64,000 bases of DNA from Octopus vulgaris (GCA_951406725.2 OX597814.1:129518001-129582000), one strand, 5' to 3'. Shown: positions 49,360 through 61,916, numbered from the stretch's first letter. Program-made: numbers and translations. Notes: generated by a model from the sequence alone, not told the origin.

Positions 49360-50998
49360 CAGGGTGTCCCAGAAGTCGTGCACCATTCTGGCTTTCATTT
49401 AAAATGATTAAAGCATTTTATTTTATTATATTTTTTTCCGCATGTTTTATTGTAGAGGGTGCTCAATTTGAGCATTTGTTAAGGTTAATTTCAATAATAT
49501 GTTTTTGAAATCAGAAGGGGTGTATTCTTTTAAAAAACTAGGGTGACAGATGGTTATGTGTTTTATAATTTTTATAAGTTGCCAGATCTTTCATCTACAA
49601 AGTTTATAAGGAACTAGAGATTGAAGATGGAAATGAATCACCAGTATCAAAGCATAAAAAGCATTCTAAACACTCTGAAAGCATCAGAATGCCTGAATTT
49701 ATCCAGCAAGTTCAACAGACCATTGATTACAATCTCAGAAGGAACAGTTAGAAATGTTGTCCACGAAAACATCAGATATGTCTTTTATGATGAGGAAAGT
49801 TCAATTTGTGAGAAAAAGCAAAAGAAAATCACTACACCAGATCTGATGGAAGCACTCCGTCGGTTACGACGATGAGGGTTCCGGTTGATCCGATCAACGG
49901 AACAGCCTGCTCGTGAAATTAACGTGTAAGTGGCTGAGCATTCCACAGACACGTGTACCCTTAACGTAGTTCTTAGGGATATTCAGCGTGACACAGAGAG
50001 TGACAAGGCCAGCCCTTTGAAATACAGGTACAACAGAAACAGGAAGTAAGAGTGAGAGAAAGTTGTGGTGAAAGAGTACAGCAGGGATCACCACCATCCC
50101 TGCCGGAGCCTCATGGAGCTTTAGGTGTTTTCGCTCAATAAACACTCACAACGCCCGGTCTGGGAATCGAAACTACGATCCTACGACCGTGAGTCCGCTG
50201 CCCTAACCACTGGGCCATTGCGCCTCCACCAGATCTAAAAGGCTCTTAAACTGAAAATTCCAGCAGAAGTAGATATGAGTTGGTTTTTCTCAAACGAGAA
50301 AAACTTCGACCAAGCTCAAAAAGTTAACAGAAGAAATGACAGATGGTTATGTGCAGACCCTTCTGAAGTTCCAAGTGTTATGCATACAAAATTTCTGCAA
50401 CTGTCATGGTTTTAGGGGTTGTAAGCAATGAAGGACATGTGATGCCTCCTTACTTCTTTCCACAAGGCCTTAGAGTTAATTCTGCCACCTACATTGAGGT
50501 CCTGAAAATAATTGTTAAGCCCTGGATAGACAGTGTATGCAATAGAAGGCCATATGTGTTTACGTAAGACTCTACACTATCACACATGGCTCTTGTAACA
50601 CAGGAATGGATGGTTGAAAATTTTCATGATCACATAATCCCTAACATTTGACCTCCCAATTCCCCAGATCTCAATCCATAGGACTGTTACATGTGGAGCA
50701 TTGTTGAGAGGGAGGTCAATGAACATGCCCATAACACCAAAGATTCTTTGAAAGCTGCCATAGTCAGAGTAATGTCCAAAATGAACCAGGAGCACTTGAT
50801 TCAAGTATGTAGTTGATTTAGTTCTCATATAGAAGCAGTTGTTGAAGCTATAGGTGGCTTTATTGAATGACATTATAAAAAAGAAGGTTTGCCTTTATTC
50901 TCATAGCATTTCTTGATAAATAAAGTTATTATCTGTTATTATATATCTATTTTTTTTTGATAAATATAAATCTGTCATCAAATATCTTACACACCCTG
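49360..50998 (+). mobile_element. Degenerate maT (DD37D) transposon interrupted by a SINE
   Basis: TA-cagggtgt...acaccctg-TA ends; FFSNEKNF, VMVLGVVS, and *DSTLSH...PPNSPDLNP*D with 37 residues between the second and third Asp. Confidence 0.88.
49845..50227 (-). mobile_element. Full-length tRNA-derived SINE nested in the maT element
   Basis: Minus-strand head ggaggcgcaatggcccagtggttagggcagcggactc; TSD accagatct at 49836-49844 and 50228-50236. Confidence 0.92.
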
Positions 50999-51011
50999 TA
51001 TATATATATGA

Positions 51012-51061
<50 letters not shown>

Positions 51062-51067
<6 letters not shown>

Positions 51068-51690
51068 GAAATATTAAAATTACTAAGTCTCTCTAAAGGA
51101 GATTACGGCAGCGTTACTGGAAATTAATAGTTATCGCCATACTTATATGGCAGTCTTATAAATATAAGACTAAAGCTGTCGCTGATTAGTTCCAAGAGGC
51201 CACCGCCTCAAGCTAGCTATTTGACACACAACCTGCGTCCATTATAAACATTGGAGCTAATCAGCGACAGATTTAGTCTTATATTTATAAGACTGCCATA
51301 TAAGTATGGCGATAACTATTAATTTCCAGTAACACTGCCGTAATCTCCTTTAGAGAGACTTAGTAATTTTAATATTTCTATTATTGAAAACAAGTGGATG
51401 TATTCCACTGAAACTAGGTAAATAGATTCTTTGAACAGGGACAGTCAGTAGCGACACCTGCTGGGTCTGACTACGCTGCATTGATAAAGGGCAAATACCC
51501 TGAAACATGTCTGCAGCTGTCTGACTGGCAGGATGAAGCGGCTGACCTCCCCTGTTCGATGGTTTATAATGAACGCAGGTTGTGTGTCAAATAGCTAGCT
51601 TGAGGCGGTGGCCTCTTGGAGCTAATCAGCGACAGCTTTAGTCTTATATTTATAAGACTGCCATATAAGTATGGCGATAACTATTAATAT
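51062..51690 (+). mobile_element. Hammerhead-containing non-coding repeat, family A (copy 2): inverted 5' segment plus 1.2 tandem units in (AT)n
   Basis: ttggagctaatcagcgacag at 51251 and 51616 (365-bp period); 51062-51250 is an inverted copy of the unit's 3' portion. Confidence 0.85.
51475..51517 (+). ncRNA. Minimal type I hammerhead ribozyme, U3-A8 core variant (second copy)
   Basis: gctgca TTGATAA aggg caaata ccct GAAA catg TC tgcagc: 6-bp stem I, GTC site ending 51511; differs from the 42782 copy mainly in loop II. Confidence 0.82.
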
Positions 51691-52287
51691 ATATATATAT
51701 ATATATAGTATTACCACACATATATATGTACAGCTGAATCTCTGTTGATTCACCAGAAACAATAAATTATATATGTATGTATACATATACATATATGTGT
51801 GTGTGTGTGTGTGTGCGTGTGTATGTATACATATGTATATATATATGTGTGTGTATGTATGAATGTTTGTATGTATTTACATACATGTATATATGGTGGT
51901 AATGATAAAGACGATGATGGGATTAATAATGATGATGATGGTGATGATGATGATGATGGGGGTGATGATGATGATGACGACGATGACGATGATGGTGATG
52001 ATGACGAGGAGGATGATGATGGTAATGATGATGATGATGATGATGATGATGATGGTGATGATGATAATGTCGATGGTGATGATGACAATGATTTACTGAC
52101 AGCTTTTGTGACACTGGAGAGAAAGTTGATTAGTATCCAACAGTGATGAGATAACACCTTCGTCTCTTTGGTCTTTGTCTGAAGCACAGACAGACAAACA
52201 GGTGTCTTCACTTACTTCTGTCTATGCAACCAACGGAACACCATTTCTCAATCGATGACAAAAATCAATAAGATACTGTTAACAAAC

Positions 52288-52424
52288 CTGCTTATAGCAT
52301 CTTTATGTCCAATATAGGTTTTGGTCAGTTTGAAACCACCGGCTCGGATAGGGTAGCTGCTCAGTGTCTTATTCATTAGCAAAAGTGGGTTTATCCTTCT
52401 GTCCGATGGAAATTTGGAGTCCTT
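52288..52424 (-). CDS. SPAG16: SPAG16 coding exon
   Basis: gtttacAG/GTttg; KDSKFPSDRRINPLLLMNKTLSSYPIRAGGFKLTKTYIGHKDAIS(S), matching the SPAG16 KDSEFP..NP motif before WD repeat 1; 137 nt, phase 2 out. Confidence 0.92.
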
Positions 52425-53687
52425 CTGTAAACAGAAACAACAATCAGGGACACAGTATTAGAGTGGGGCAGGCAGAAGTAATAGTAGTAGTAGTAGTAAC
52501 AGTAGTAGTGGTGGTGGTGGTGGTGGTGGCGGTGGTGGTGTTATAGTAGCAGCAGCAGTAGTAGTTTAGCTCCAGGTCAGTCTTAGTCAAGTAGATCTGT
52601 TACTTATCAAAGATTTTCCAACCATAATCTTTCTCATTCATGCTGTTCCTTTTCAATCTTTACACCTACAACCATCATGTGAATATGTCTTTCTTGCTCT
52701 CTCTCTCTTTCTATCTTTTCTTCTTTCTCTTTTCTTATTCTTTCCTCTATCAGCTCCTTTAACTCTACTAACTCTCATCCTGGTTCTCTCTCCCATCCCC
52801 ACCAACACCTTCTCAGTTGTGTCACTTTTATTCATTCTCCTTACCAATAACCATCACATAGCTGCCTATCACACACACACACACACACACACTCTCTCTC
52901 TCTCTCATTCTTCCTTTATTCATTCATTCATTATTTTTTTGTATTGGTTCTCTTTTCACCCACTAGTATGGAAAAGAAACAAACAAAAGCATTGCACAAT
53001 GTAAGGATGGAGTGAACATTAATAGTTTTTTCTGGGCAAAGACATTGACCAAATGGAGAGTATGCAGTGTAGAAAGGACTCATTAGTCTTTCCAGAGACA
53101 AGACAAGCTGTCTAGTGGTGGTACTATGATAAATTGCTCCCAGCAGATTGTGTAAAGTGATTGGCAATGAGAAGAGCATCCAATCATAGACGTCACATTA
53201 AAAATGCTACATACATGCAATACATAGCCCTTAATCTTTACCTATCTAGGGGGCAATAATTCTAAACAAGGCCTAATTAAGACTGCAATGTCCTCTGTAA
53301 CCCAGGACAGTAAGGGAAAGCAAACAGAAAATGATGATGATGATGGTAGTGGTGACAGTGGTGGTGAGTGATAGGGTCCATTAGTAAGCATTTAAACTGA
53401 CCATATCTGGCCAAAATAATTTAGCAGTTTTATTCTTTGAACTGGATAGATTTGGCCTCTCACATTTACCCTACAAAATTATTCTACAAATAAACAATCA
53501 TGTCATTGAAATCTCAAAGCTACAAGGTAAGGCATGACTAATTCATATCAATGTGTATAAATAAGCTTTACATTTTTGACAGAGTAATTTGAATGCTAAA
53601 GGGTTACTGGTTCAAGAAGGAACAAAATCAACATATATGTGTGTGTGTATATTGCTAAAATGTCTTATTGACGAGTTTCGTTTTTTC

Positions 53688-53773
53688 ACTTTCCTGAAGA
53701 GAAGATTGCATTGTTTATACCATTTATTCTTTTGAATAATATCAGTGGAATTTTCGAAACATGTGTTGAAAGT
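53688..53773 (+). ncRNA. Type I hammerhead ribozyme motif with long stem II
   Basis: actttc CTGAAGA gaagatt...aattttc GAAA catgtg TT gaaagt: perfect 6-bp stem I, 7-bp stem II base with one G-U, GTT site ending 53767. Confidence 0.72.
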
Positions 53774-54640
53774 AAAAATATTTGATTTATACCTGCATTA
53801 AACTCCATTTATTTATTCATATATTATACAAAAAATTCCACGTAAACATGAAGTTTCTACCTTTATAAACAATGAGTTACAACCTCTTTACTTGTGAGAT
53901 TTTTTGCTACCCTGGTAACTATTTATTTATTTTTTCCGTGTTAATTGTTAACAAGGAAAAAATACACTCATCTATTTATATATATATATCATCATCATCA
54001 TCATCATCATCATCGTTTAACATCTGCTTTCAATGCTAGCATGGGTTGGATGATTTGACTGAGGACTGGCGAACCAGATGGCTGCACCAGGCTCCAATCT
54101 TGATCTGGCTGAGTTTCTACAGCTGGATGCCCTTCCTAATGCCAACCACTTTGAGAGGAACGGGGGGGGGGGGGGTTAAGAGGTAGAGGAAATACCAATG
54201 TGTTGTAGTAGCTTCCGATTCCTCTATCTTTTACACTATGATACCTTTCTCTCTCTATCCCCACTCCTACTTTCAAATTATCTCCACTAACCACTGACCA
54301 ACCTCTATCTTAATTTTTCTTTTATTTTTTTCCTTACTCCCTTTATTCATATCTTCAGGGCTTTTATTCTCTATTGTATTTTTTGTTATTTTTACTAATC
54401 TTCTTTCTTTTTTCTCTTTCATTCTTTCTTTCTCTCCTCCTTTTTCTCTCTTACTCTCTCTTTTTGTTTCATTCCTCTCTTCCTGTTTTCAATTTAACCA
54501 TACTAATAAACACCCTATTTCTAGGTCAGTTTGAATATAAACCTTGAATTTGCTACACTCTATATAAATTCCCTACTGGGAATGACCAACTCTATATCTG
54601 GATGAACTCATATTAATCTCTGTTGAACTTTTGGATTTTA

Positions 54641-56068
54641 TAATAATAATAATAATAATAATTGTGTACAGTGCTCAGGTGCACTACAACTCATCTAAAG
54701 TGTATATATAATCAGGTGTAGTTTCGGCGGATTTCGGAAAGCATGAGGGCCTTAAAGGATGCAGTGTCATGGCAGTCAACAACTGACGCAGGCAGTTTAT
54801 TCCATGCTTCAGCAACTCTGAGCGTGAAAAAATGTTTCCGAAAGTCATGGGAGCTGTGTTGTTTTCTGACTTTGTAGGCATGTCCACGTGTGTTAGATAC
54901 ATGGAGATCAAAAAGGTGTTCAGTGTTGTTGTCGGTGAGGTGGTTGATAACTTTGTGGGTGTTCACCAAGTCCGTCGCCAGACGCCGGAGCTTCAGTGAA
55001 TCCATGCCCAGGGAAACAAGGTGCTCAGAATATGGTAGGTGTCTGATGGAGGGTATGCGTTTGGTTGCACGTCTCTGGACAGATTCCAGGAGGTCAATGT
55101 TCTGAGCAAGATAGGGGTTCCAAACTGATGATGCGAATTCCAAGTGTGGTCGTACCATAGCTGTATACAGTTTTAAATAGATGGCTGGAGAGCGGCTAAC
55201 AAAAGTCTTGCTGAGTGATGCCAAGACACCCTCGGCCTTCTTGACAATTTTAGAGATATGCTTTATCCAACGCAAATCACTGCTGACAGTGATGCCTAGG
55301 TCACGCTCGCAAGAGGATTTCTTGATATCAGTGTTGTGGAGGGAGTATGTGGACGCAGGGTTTTTTCTCCCAAAATGCATGGTGGTACACTTGTCCACAG
55401 CCAGTTTCAGTTGCCAGTCTGTGATCCATTGCTGCATTGTGTCTAGGTCTGATTGCAGGAAAGAGTTGTAGACATCAAGATCTGTCCTCTTGATTTCAAG
55501 GTACAGCTTGATGTCGTCTGCATATTTCAATACTGTGGCATTCTTTAAATTGGCATCTATGTCATTAATGTATGCCACAAACAAGAGGGGACCAAGGACA
55601 GATCCCTGTGGTACACCCGATGACATCTCATATGGTGTAGAATGCTGTCCTAGAACTGTGACTACTTCCTTTCGGCTGAGAATGAAGGATTTCAACCAGT
55701 TAAAAAGATCATCCCTCACACCCATTGCAGAGAGTTTCACCATAAGCCTTTTGTGTGGCACAGAGTTGAAAGCCTTAGCAAAGTCAAGGTAGACAACATC
55801 CACCCATGAGCCACTGTCAGTGATCTGAGTAATGTCCTCAAGGAACTCGACAAGCATAAGTGGCTGTTTTCCTGGCAGCAGCTCGGAGGATATCGCAAAG
55901 CTGTGTGTCTTGATGGTAATTTGGGGGACGATAAACAACACCAAGCAGGAGTGTTGACATGGTCATACATACGTCACAGAAAAAAACTTCTTCTTGTGAT
56001 TTGTTCAAATCGGCACAAGGAATTACCGAAAAATTTGAACGAACGTAGACCATCATCCTTTTACTCAA
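54641..56068 (-). mobile_element. CR1-clade LINE with internal deletion (endonuclease stub joined to RT) and (TTA)n tail
   Basis: ORF 54712-55944: YLDFAKAF, SGVPQGSVLGPLLF, YADD, ERDLG, VRPHLE, VQRRATK, TRGH; 55838-56068 VYVR..LGVVYRPP is endonuclease N-terminal sequence. Confidence 0.92.
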
Positions 56069-56226
56069 AGGATATTGGAATATTACACATATATACCATT
56101 ATGCTGATAAAACGGATTTATGAATTCAATACCCATACATATCTTTCATCTATATTCTTTCCTCCACCTCACTCTCTATTTTGTATCACATCGAAACTAA
56201 CTATGATTTAATTTTCCTCTCATACC

Positions 56227-56278
56227 GTCTCCAATGAAAGGATATTATTAATTAATATCCTAGAAACAGCTGTAAGAC
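56227..56278 (+). ncRNA. Hammerhead-like motif with mutated core (probably inactive)
   Basis: gtct CCAATGA a aggatatta ttaat taatatcct a GAAA cagctg TA agac: all three stems intact, stem III palindromic, but core CCAATGA instead of CTGANGA. Confidence 0.55.
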
Positions 56279-57373
56279 CTTCTATCTATAAATGCTCTAA
56301 TAAGTATACAGCCTTCGTTTTTTATCTCATTACACAAAAAATGTTTATAAGTACACGCTGACATAGAACCAACGTTGAACCTTTTATTCGCAATATTACC
56401 GAATCTGGAACTTAATCTGGAACTTAACTATGGTCTGTCTATAGCACTTATTCAGCATTACCTGATACCTTTGGGACTCAATGACACCATTATCTCTTAT
56501 AACCTCAACTTCTTGCTAATATATATATACATATATATATATGACTGGCTTCCTCACACCTTCCATCAACAAAATTCGCTGGGCTTAAGCAGAAGACACT
56601 TGTTTGAGGTTCTGCACAGTAAGACTGAACCTGCAACCACATGGTTGTGAAGCAAACTTCTTACCCACATAGCCATACCTGTGCCTATATTCATAATACT
56701 TATTTGAATGGGATTACATTGCATAAACTCAAACTTAGATCTGTCATCGGCCCTAAGACTCATGAGTCTCACAAGACTCATAAGACTCACTGGACCCTAT
56801 TTTCAGGAAATATAAGTAACAGAATACAATATGTCCTACTGAATGGAATGTTGGTCTGTCACAGGGTCAGTGACCCCAGCTATTGCTGGAACTCAATTTA
56901 CAGCCGAGTAAACTGAAGTTTAAAGGGAAATTTCACAAGACAGTCAATCGCCCACTGACACTCATTGACGCTACATCGAAGAGGCCAGGGAAAGAAGAAA
57001 GAAGAAAGAAGACATGCACCCAACACCAGAGCTGAAGCCACCTCCAAAAGGGAGGGCCCCCGCCATGTCAAAACGGTAGAGGAGCAGGGGGCTGAAACAG
57101 GATGTGGTTCCTCCTGATGATGTCTTGAACTAACTGGATCCTATAAAGGAGCTGTTGTGGTAGCAGGCCACGAAACATGGTTGAAATTCCTCCGCAGTGA
57201 AGTGTCTTGCTCAAGAACTCAATGCATTAACTGGTGCAGAAATTAAACCATGATCTTATGAAACCATGATCTTATGATCATGGGTGCAATGCTCTGACCA
57301 CTAGGCTATGAACCTTCACCTTTGACATTGCATAGAATTGAAGAAAGATAAGCAAATATGGAAGTGAACCTAC

Positions 57374-57507
57374 CTTAAGCTCTCTTGTAAAGCTGCGAGT
57401 AAAAGACTTCTCCCTTTCTTCTGCCAGTTTTCTTTGTGTTGGCCCCATGCCTTTCTCATCCAATATCACTCTACCTTTACCACAAGGATGTGTAGTTATG
57501 TATGGTT
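57374..57507 (-). CDS. SPAG16: SPAG16 coding exon (linker before the WD40 propeller); most 5' exon confidently seen
   Basis: ttttgacAG acceptor and GTagg donor; encodes (E)PYITTHPCGKGRVILDEKGMGPTQRKLAEEREKSFTRSFTRELK, resembling the SPAG16 GPTQKGLREARE segment as I recall it; phase 0 joins the next exon. Confidence 0.8.
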
Positions 57508-58184
57508 CTGTCAAAATATCAAAGCTAAATTAAATATACGTTTAACTATATTTTCTGTATTTTTCTGTTTTATTATAATTCATCCCACCCACACATACAA
57601 ACACATATAAACACACACACACATACACATAGATATGCACGCATACACACACATATGCATACACATACGTATGCACACACAAGCAATCACACACATCTCA
57701 ATATCCATAAACATATGTATGATGAACTTCACTACTGTTTCTATCTACCATTTCCACTTACAAGGCATTGATTGGCCCAGGGTTAGAAGAGAAGAAAATT
57801 ACTTAAAGCAATTTGGACCAATTCCAAATGAGAAAGGGAGATGTTCTAAAGAATCAAGAATTCTCCAGAACTGACATGTCGTGAAAGATCAGACACTAAG
57901 CATGCATTAAACTTGCAAAAACCAATGAAGTGCAGCAGTCATTTAGTTGTTGCACAGAAATCAGTCTCCCGTATCTAAGTATTCCATTCTTGTGTTATTT
58001 GATAAATTTAGCCATGTATTTCCAATGATATTGAGGTCTACTTCATTAGTTGTTACACATGTGGGATAAGGTTGGGCAACTGCTGTGCTGATGATGTCCG
58101 CTGAGGCAAAGATGCATCAGCACAACTATTTTATATATGTATGTGTACAGGTACCATCTTCATCATTATAATTTAATGTGACTA

Positions 58185-58408
58185 GCTGGTAGAAATGTTA
58201 GCATGCCGGGCGAAATGCTTAGCGGTATTTCGTCTGCCGCTACGTTCTGAGTTCAAATTCCGCCGAGGTTGACTTTGCCTTTCATCCTTTCGGGGTCGAT
58301 TAAATAAGTACAAGTTTCACACTGGGGTCGATATAATTGACTTAATCTGTTTGTCTGTCTTTGTTCATCCCCTCTGTGTTTAGCCCCTTGTGGGTAGTAA
58401 ACAAATAA
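58185..58408 (+). mobile_element. Meta-domain-type SINE
   Basis: gagttcaaattccgccgaggttgactttgcctttcatcctttcggggtcg..; older copies at about 60590-60820 (+), 12420-12630 (-) and 5230-5330 (-). Confidence 0.85.
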
Positions 58409-59888
58409 ATTTAACGTCTGTCTGGCATGTTGGCATGAGTTGGACAGTTCATGATCCAACATGTTGGAAGACTCTCATGTTCAAGTGTTTGGCATGGTTT
58501 CTAAGGCTGGGTGTTCTTCCTGACACCAACCTACAGAGTGCAATAGATACCTTTTTTTCGTGGTACCAGCCCTTGTGGGTGTCACCATGTAAATCATTTC
58601 TTCCTCCACAGACATATATTCATGCATGCATACATGTAAGACTAGTAGAAAGAGGCATATTAAAAATGTGCAAGAATGATATTTGTTACACTCAGGTAAG
58701 GGAGCAATACAATGAAATGGATGCAAAATGGATAAAGAATAAGTTAAGGAATTTTAAAACGGTGCTATTCTAGCAATAAAAAAATAAACTTCAGAATAAA
58801 ATATTTCAAACACCTTTATCTTTTTTAAATTCTTTCCTTCATCTGATGAAAAGATGATAAAAAAAAAATTATTAATTTATAAAATAAGAATTTATACAAA
58901 TAATAAAAGTATTAGCACATAAATCCATAAAATTATAAAAAATATAATTTTTTAAAAGTGGTCTCAGTAACCAATATTGGGTTTAAAAAATGGATTCGAA
59001 ACAAAACAGGTTAAAAATGGTGAAGGAAAAATAAATAAAACAAAATGGACAAAAAATAAATTTATAAATAATCAAACGTGAAGTGATAGGAATCAGAATA
59101 AAGTAAAAGGAATTGGTGTTGATAGAATATTGATCTGCTAACCAAAATACTATGGAGTAAAGCATGGTGGTGCTGCTAAAATGTATGTGCAGTGCATTGG
59201 GTGCAACAAAATTTCTTCAGATGAAAAGTGGTAAAAGTTTTTCACAGTGTTTTCATCCAGTCAAAAGCAAAACTGATATTAGGTTAAGGTGGTTCATACA
59301 GAGGTAAATGGTATTTTGGTGCATGCTTGCAAGGATTGAATAGCTCTCACCTTAGAATTAAGCTGCTGAAATTTTGTTGCAAGAAGAGCCATTTTCTCAG
59401 TTTGGCATAACTGGCAATAAAGCCGAGATGTGAAGCTTCCTCGGTGATATGACTTTGTGTAGCACAGGATGGACCAAGTAATTCTGAACGTGTGTGTTCA
59501 GTTGTCTTTCTGATAAGCCATATACACTTTGATAAAGCTGCCCTACAGCATCTTTGAGCATTAATGAAGGAATGCCTATGTTTGTTGGTCTGCGATTTGA
59601 AGCTATTTTTGGTGAATCTGTTATAGGACTTCAGTGAAGAGTTGTCTGTTAGTCTGTCAATTGTCTATTTGTCTATTTATCCATCTACATATTCAGTCAT
59701 CTATCTTGCTGGTTAGAAGCCTATGTCTGTATACATACTTATCCAACTGTCTGTCTATCTGTCTGTTTGTTGATAGGTCTATCTGTTTGCCTGTCTGTCT
59801 ATCTTTCTATCTGTCTGTCTGTCTGTCTGTCTGTCAGTTAGTCTATCTATCTGTCTGTCTATCTTTCTATCTGTCTGTCTGTCTGTTA

Positions 59889-59984
<96 letters not shown>

Positions 59985-60939
59985 GTCTGTCTATATATGC
60001 ACCTATCCATCTTCCTATCTACATCTCTAACTATCCATCTACAGCCCAACTTATCTCTGTCAATTCATCTATCAACACATTCAAACATTAAGACTTAAAC
60101 TAGAAAAAAGAAAACACACACACAAAAACACCTCTTGCTCTTGTCTTCTCTATTCTAATAGTTTTTGACATTACATAATTTTGTTATATCAGTTTTTTGC
60201 ACTGCTATGAACCAAATTTGACATCAAATACACACTACCCCTATGCTTAAACCTGTTGCTTGAGGTACATCATGCACTGGGGTTTCTTTCAGTCTTGATG
60301 AACATAAAAGGAGTAAAAATGGTTTTAACCAGTAACCCAAGCTGGGTCATACAGGGAGCCTCTATGTGGTCCCTGAGCCTTCTAGAAACAGCAGCCAAAT
60401 TTTGCCTAAATTACATTCACTGTCTTAAAAAATGGGAATGACAGATTAGATGATATAGCATTAAATACCCCTAAATAGATGAGGTTGACGTCATTAGAAT
60501 GCTTTTGATCATAAATCAGTTTGATCACGACTGATTTAAGATTAAACAGCATCGTAATTATTATTATTATTATTATTGTGCCGTAATAAGGCAGTGAATT
60601 GGCAGAACTTTTAACATGCTGGGGAAAAATGCTTGGCAGCATTTTGCTTGTGTTTATGTTTTGAGTTCAACTCCCACCGAGTTTGACATTGCCTTTCATC
60701 CTTCTGGGGTTAATGAAATAAGTACCAACTGAGCTCTGGGGTCAATGTAATGTAATTGACTAGTATCCACCTCCCCAACTCCCTCAAAATTTCAGGCTGT
60801 GTGCCCATACAAAAAAGGATTATTGCTGTGTTATAATCCTCCTCCTACTCCTCCTACTCCACCACCACCCTCCCCTCCTCCTCCCCCTCCTCATTGTCAT
60901 CATCACTAACACTGGTACCAACAGCAGTGCTACCACCCC

Positions 60940-61135
60940 TATCGCCCCTGTGCATCTGCTGCACACGAAAGCTATCTTCTAGGTTAATCTTCCTTTGATG
61001 TTGCTGCACCTCTTATGCGTCCATAGCTTACACTGGGTACATCTTATGGAGTTTCTACCTATACCTTTTCTACAGATCAAGCAGGGCCACCTACCTGAGG
61101 GGGTGTGTGATGAGTTCGCCTTCCTACTTACTATA
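60940..61135 (-). mobile_element. Isolated RTE fragment covering the PHD-like finger
   Basis: VSRKANSSHTPSGRWPCLICRKGIGRNSIRCTQCKLWTHKRCSNIKGRLT, close to the 18570-18750 region. Confidence 0.9.
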
Positions 61136-61599
61136 ACTTTGGTCTTACACACACATGTATGTATGAGTGTGTGTGTGTATGTGTGTGTGTGTGTGTATAT
61201 AGTTTGATAAGTGTCAATGCACGAAACTCTTGGACCTTGAGTCACTGTTACTTTTGCTAAATATTAATATATGTATATATACATATATACATGCATACAT
61301 ACGTATGCACGTCCGTACATACATACATATATACATACATATTTATAGACATACATGGTATGTATATACACAATAGGTTTCTCTACAGTTTCCATTCCAT
61401 TCAAGAAGTATGGGTTAATCTGGGGCAATGATAGAAGACACTTGTCCAAGCTGCTGTGCTGTGGTACCAAACCTAGAACCACATCGTAGCGAGCCAAACT
61501 TCTTAACCACACATCCATATCTTCCCCTCTATTCCAATAAACTACCCCACCATATCAAATAGACCATACATGCCCCACCTCCCCTCCCCATCCAGCTGT

Positions 61600-61916
61600 T
61601 TGAAGACTTCCACATTCAGTGCTTATTTCTCACAACTATTGAAACTCCGATGTGTGGCAGCTGATTTGGCAGACACCCATAAAATTATTAACCATCTTAC
61701 AAATAATAACTATGAGCACCTTTTCAAACTCCACCTGTCTAACACCCGTGGACATGTTTACAAAGTCAGAAAACAGCTCCCATGACTTTCGGAAACATTT
61801 TTTCACTCTAAGAGTTGCTGAAGTATGGAACAAACTGCCGACATCAGTTGTTAGTTGTTGGAGCACCGCATCCTTCAAAACTTCCATGCTTCCTGAGATT
61901 CGCCAACACTACACCT
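61600..61916 (+). mobile_element. CR1 3' fragment (family of 54641)
   Basis: DLADTHKIINHLT..SNTRGHVYK / SSHDFRKHFFTLRVAEVWNKLP..EIRQHYT; 3' UTR resumes after the SINE at about 62158-62310. Confidence 0.85.

Noticed and set aside
49845-50227. tRNA genes at SINE heads (also 5490, 14327, 25761, 31617)
   Set aside because: A/B-box heads run into shared SINE bodies, with tails and TSDs in several copies; I could not fold a complete cloverleaf.
59351-59410. Possible SPAG16 exon (LCQTEKMALLATKFQQLNSK) with a GTgag donor
   Set aside because: Its open frames do not end in phase 1 as the 57507 exon requires, and there is no recognisable SPAG16 similarity.
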